The position numbers and the translations under genes are program-made. The notes beneath the pieces were generated by a model. The model saw only the letters and a program-made list of their open reading frames with translations. It ran no database searches and had not been told where the DNA came from. A stretch of DNA of 64,000 nt. Origin: Sedimentisphaerales bacterium (GTDB lineage: Bacteria > Planctomycetota > Phycisphaerae > Sedimentisphaerales > SM23-30). Positions 63,559-64,000 of the stretch are shown here, in pieces. The stretch is from NCBI GenBank assembly GCA_963666285.1, contig OY762711.1; one strand, given 5' to 3'. How positions within the stretch are numbered: position 1 is the first letter of the stretch; each line of letters starts with the position of its first letter.

Positions 63559-64000
63559 ATGGAACAAAAAGAAGATGTAAAGAAGCGGGTAATTATCTGG
63601 CAGATATTGCTGCTGCTGTTGTCGGTGTATGTGATAATCGAGATGGCGGTAGAGTTGTTTGTTAAGGTACCTGATGATACAGCAGAGCTGTTGTCTTATA
63701 TTGATACATTTATATGTATTTTGTTTTTGATAGATTTTGGGAATAATGCGGTCAGGGATAAGCTGAAATATTTGAAATGGGGCTGGGTTGACCTGATCTC
63801 GAGTATACCGCTGGTGGGTCCGCTTCGTTTTGGCCGGATATTCAGGATTGTGAGAGTATTGCGATTATTAAAGGCGTTTAAGAATACCAAGTCGGCGGTT
63901 TCGGCGATATTTTCAGATAAGGCTACGGGAGCGTTTGGTACGGTTGCTACGATCTCAATATTTATGATGATATTTTCGTCGGTAGCGATTTTGCATGTAG
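63559..64000 (+). CDS. Voltage-gated ion (K+) channel / ion transporter, runs off the window
   Basis: MEQKEDVKKRVIIWQILLLLLSVY...WGWVDLISSIP...RFGRIFRIVRVLRLLK (S4 Arg repeat). Confidence 0.85.
   Translation, partial: MEQKEDVKKRVIIWQILLLLLSVYVIIEMAVELFVKVPDDTAELLSYIDTFICILFLIDFGNNAVRDKLKYLKWGWVDLISSIPLVGPLRFGRIFRIVRVLRLLKAFKNTKSAVSAIFSDKATGAFGTVATISIFMMIFSSVAILHV

Overview
Bacterial genomic window, most likely Planctomycetota of Phycisphaerae/Sedimentisphaerales type. This is inferred from three prepilin-type H-X9-DG/DUF1559-like genes, dockerin-like C-termini, a PEP-CTERM protein and a zf-HC2 Ser/Thr kinase. Layout: (1) 1-9.1 kb, xylan-type locus with GH67 alpha-glucuronidase, a collapsed MFS+GH3 scar, an XylR-like regulator, a prepilin-type gene and two paralogous secreted proteins. 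(2) 9.3-19 kb, accessory region: an IS701 inserted in a ~1.5-kb nested inverted repeat, then a decayed Rhs toxin-tip/immunity array between ~210-bp direct repeats, then a lone kinase. One toxin cassette carries a 719-nt ORF-less group II intron whose removal restores an in-frame HExxH ORF. (3) 19-47 kb, mostly core genes: yciH, folE, leuA/C/D with a Leu-rich leader peptide, ECF sigma/anti-sigma, GH127, padR, rodA, two-component pair, birA. (4) 47-64 kb, second accessory region: IS66 remnant, two decayed tRNA 3' halves, a kinase-prepilin-2257 aa TSP3 protein cassette, an IS1111-type IS110 and a nuclease cluster. No CRISPR array, rRNA or intact tRNA was seen. All calls are by eye from motifs; no searches were run.
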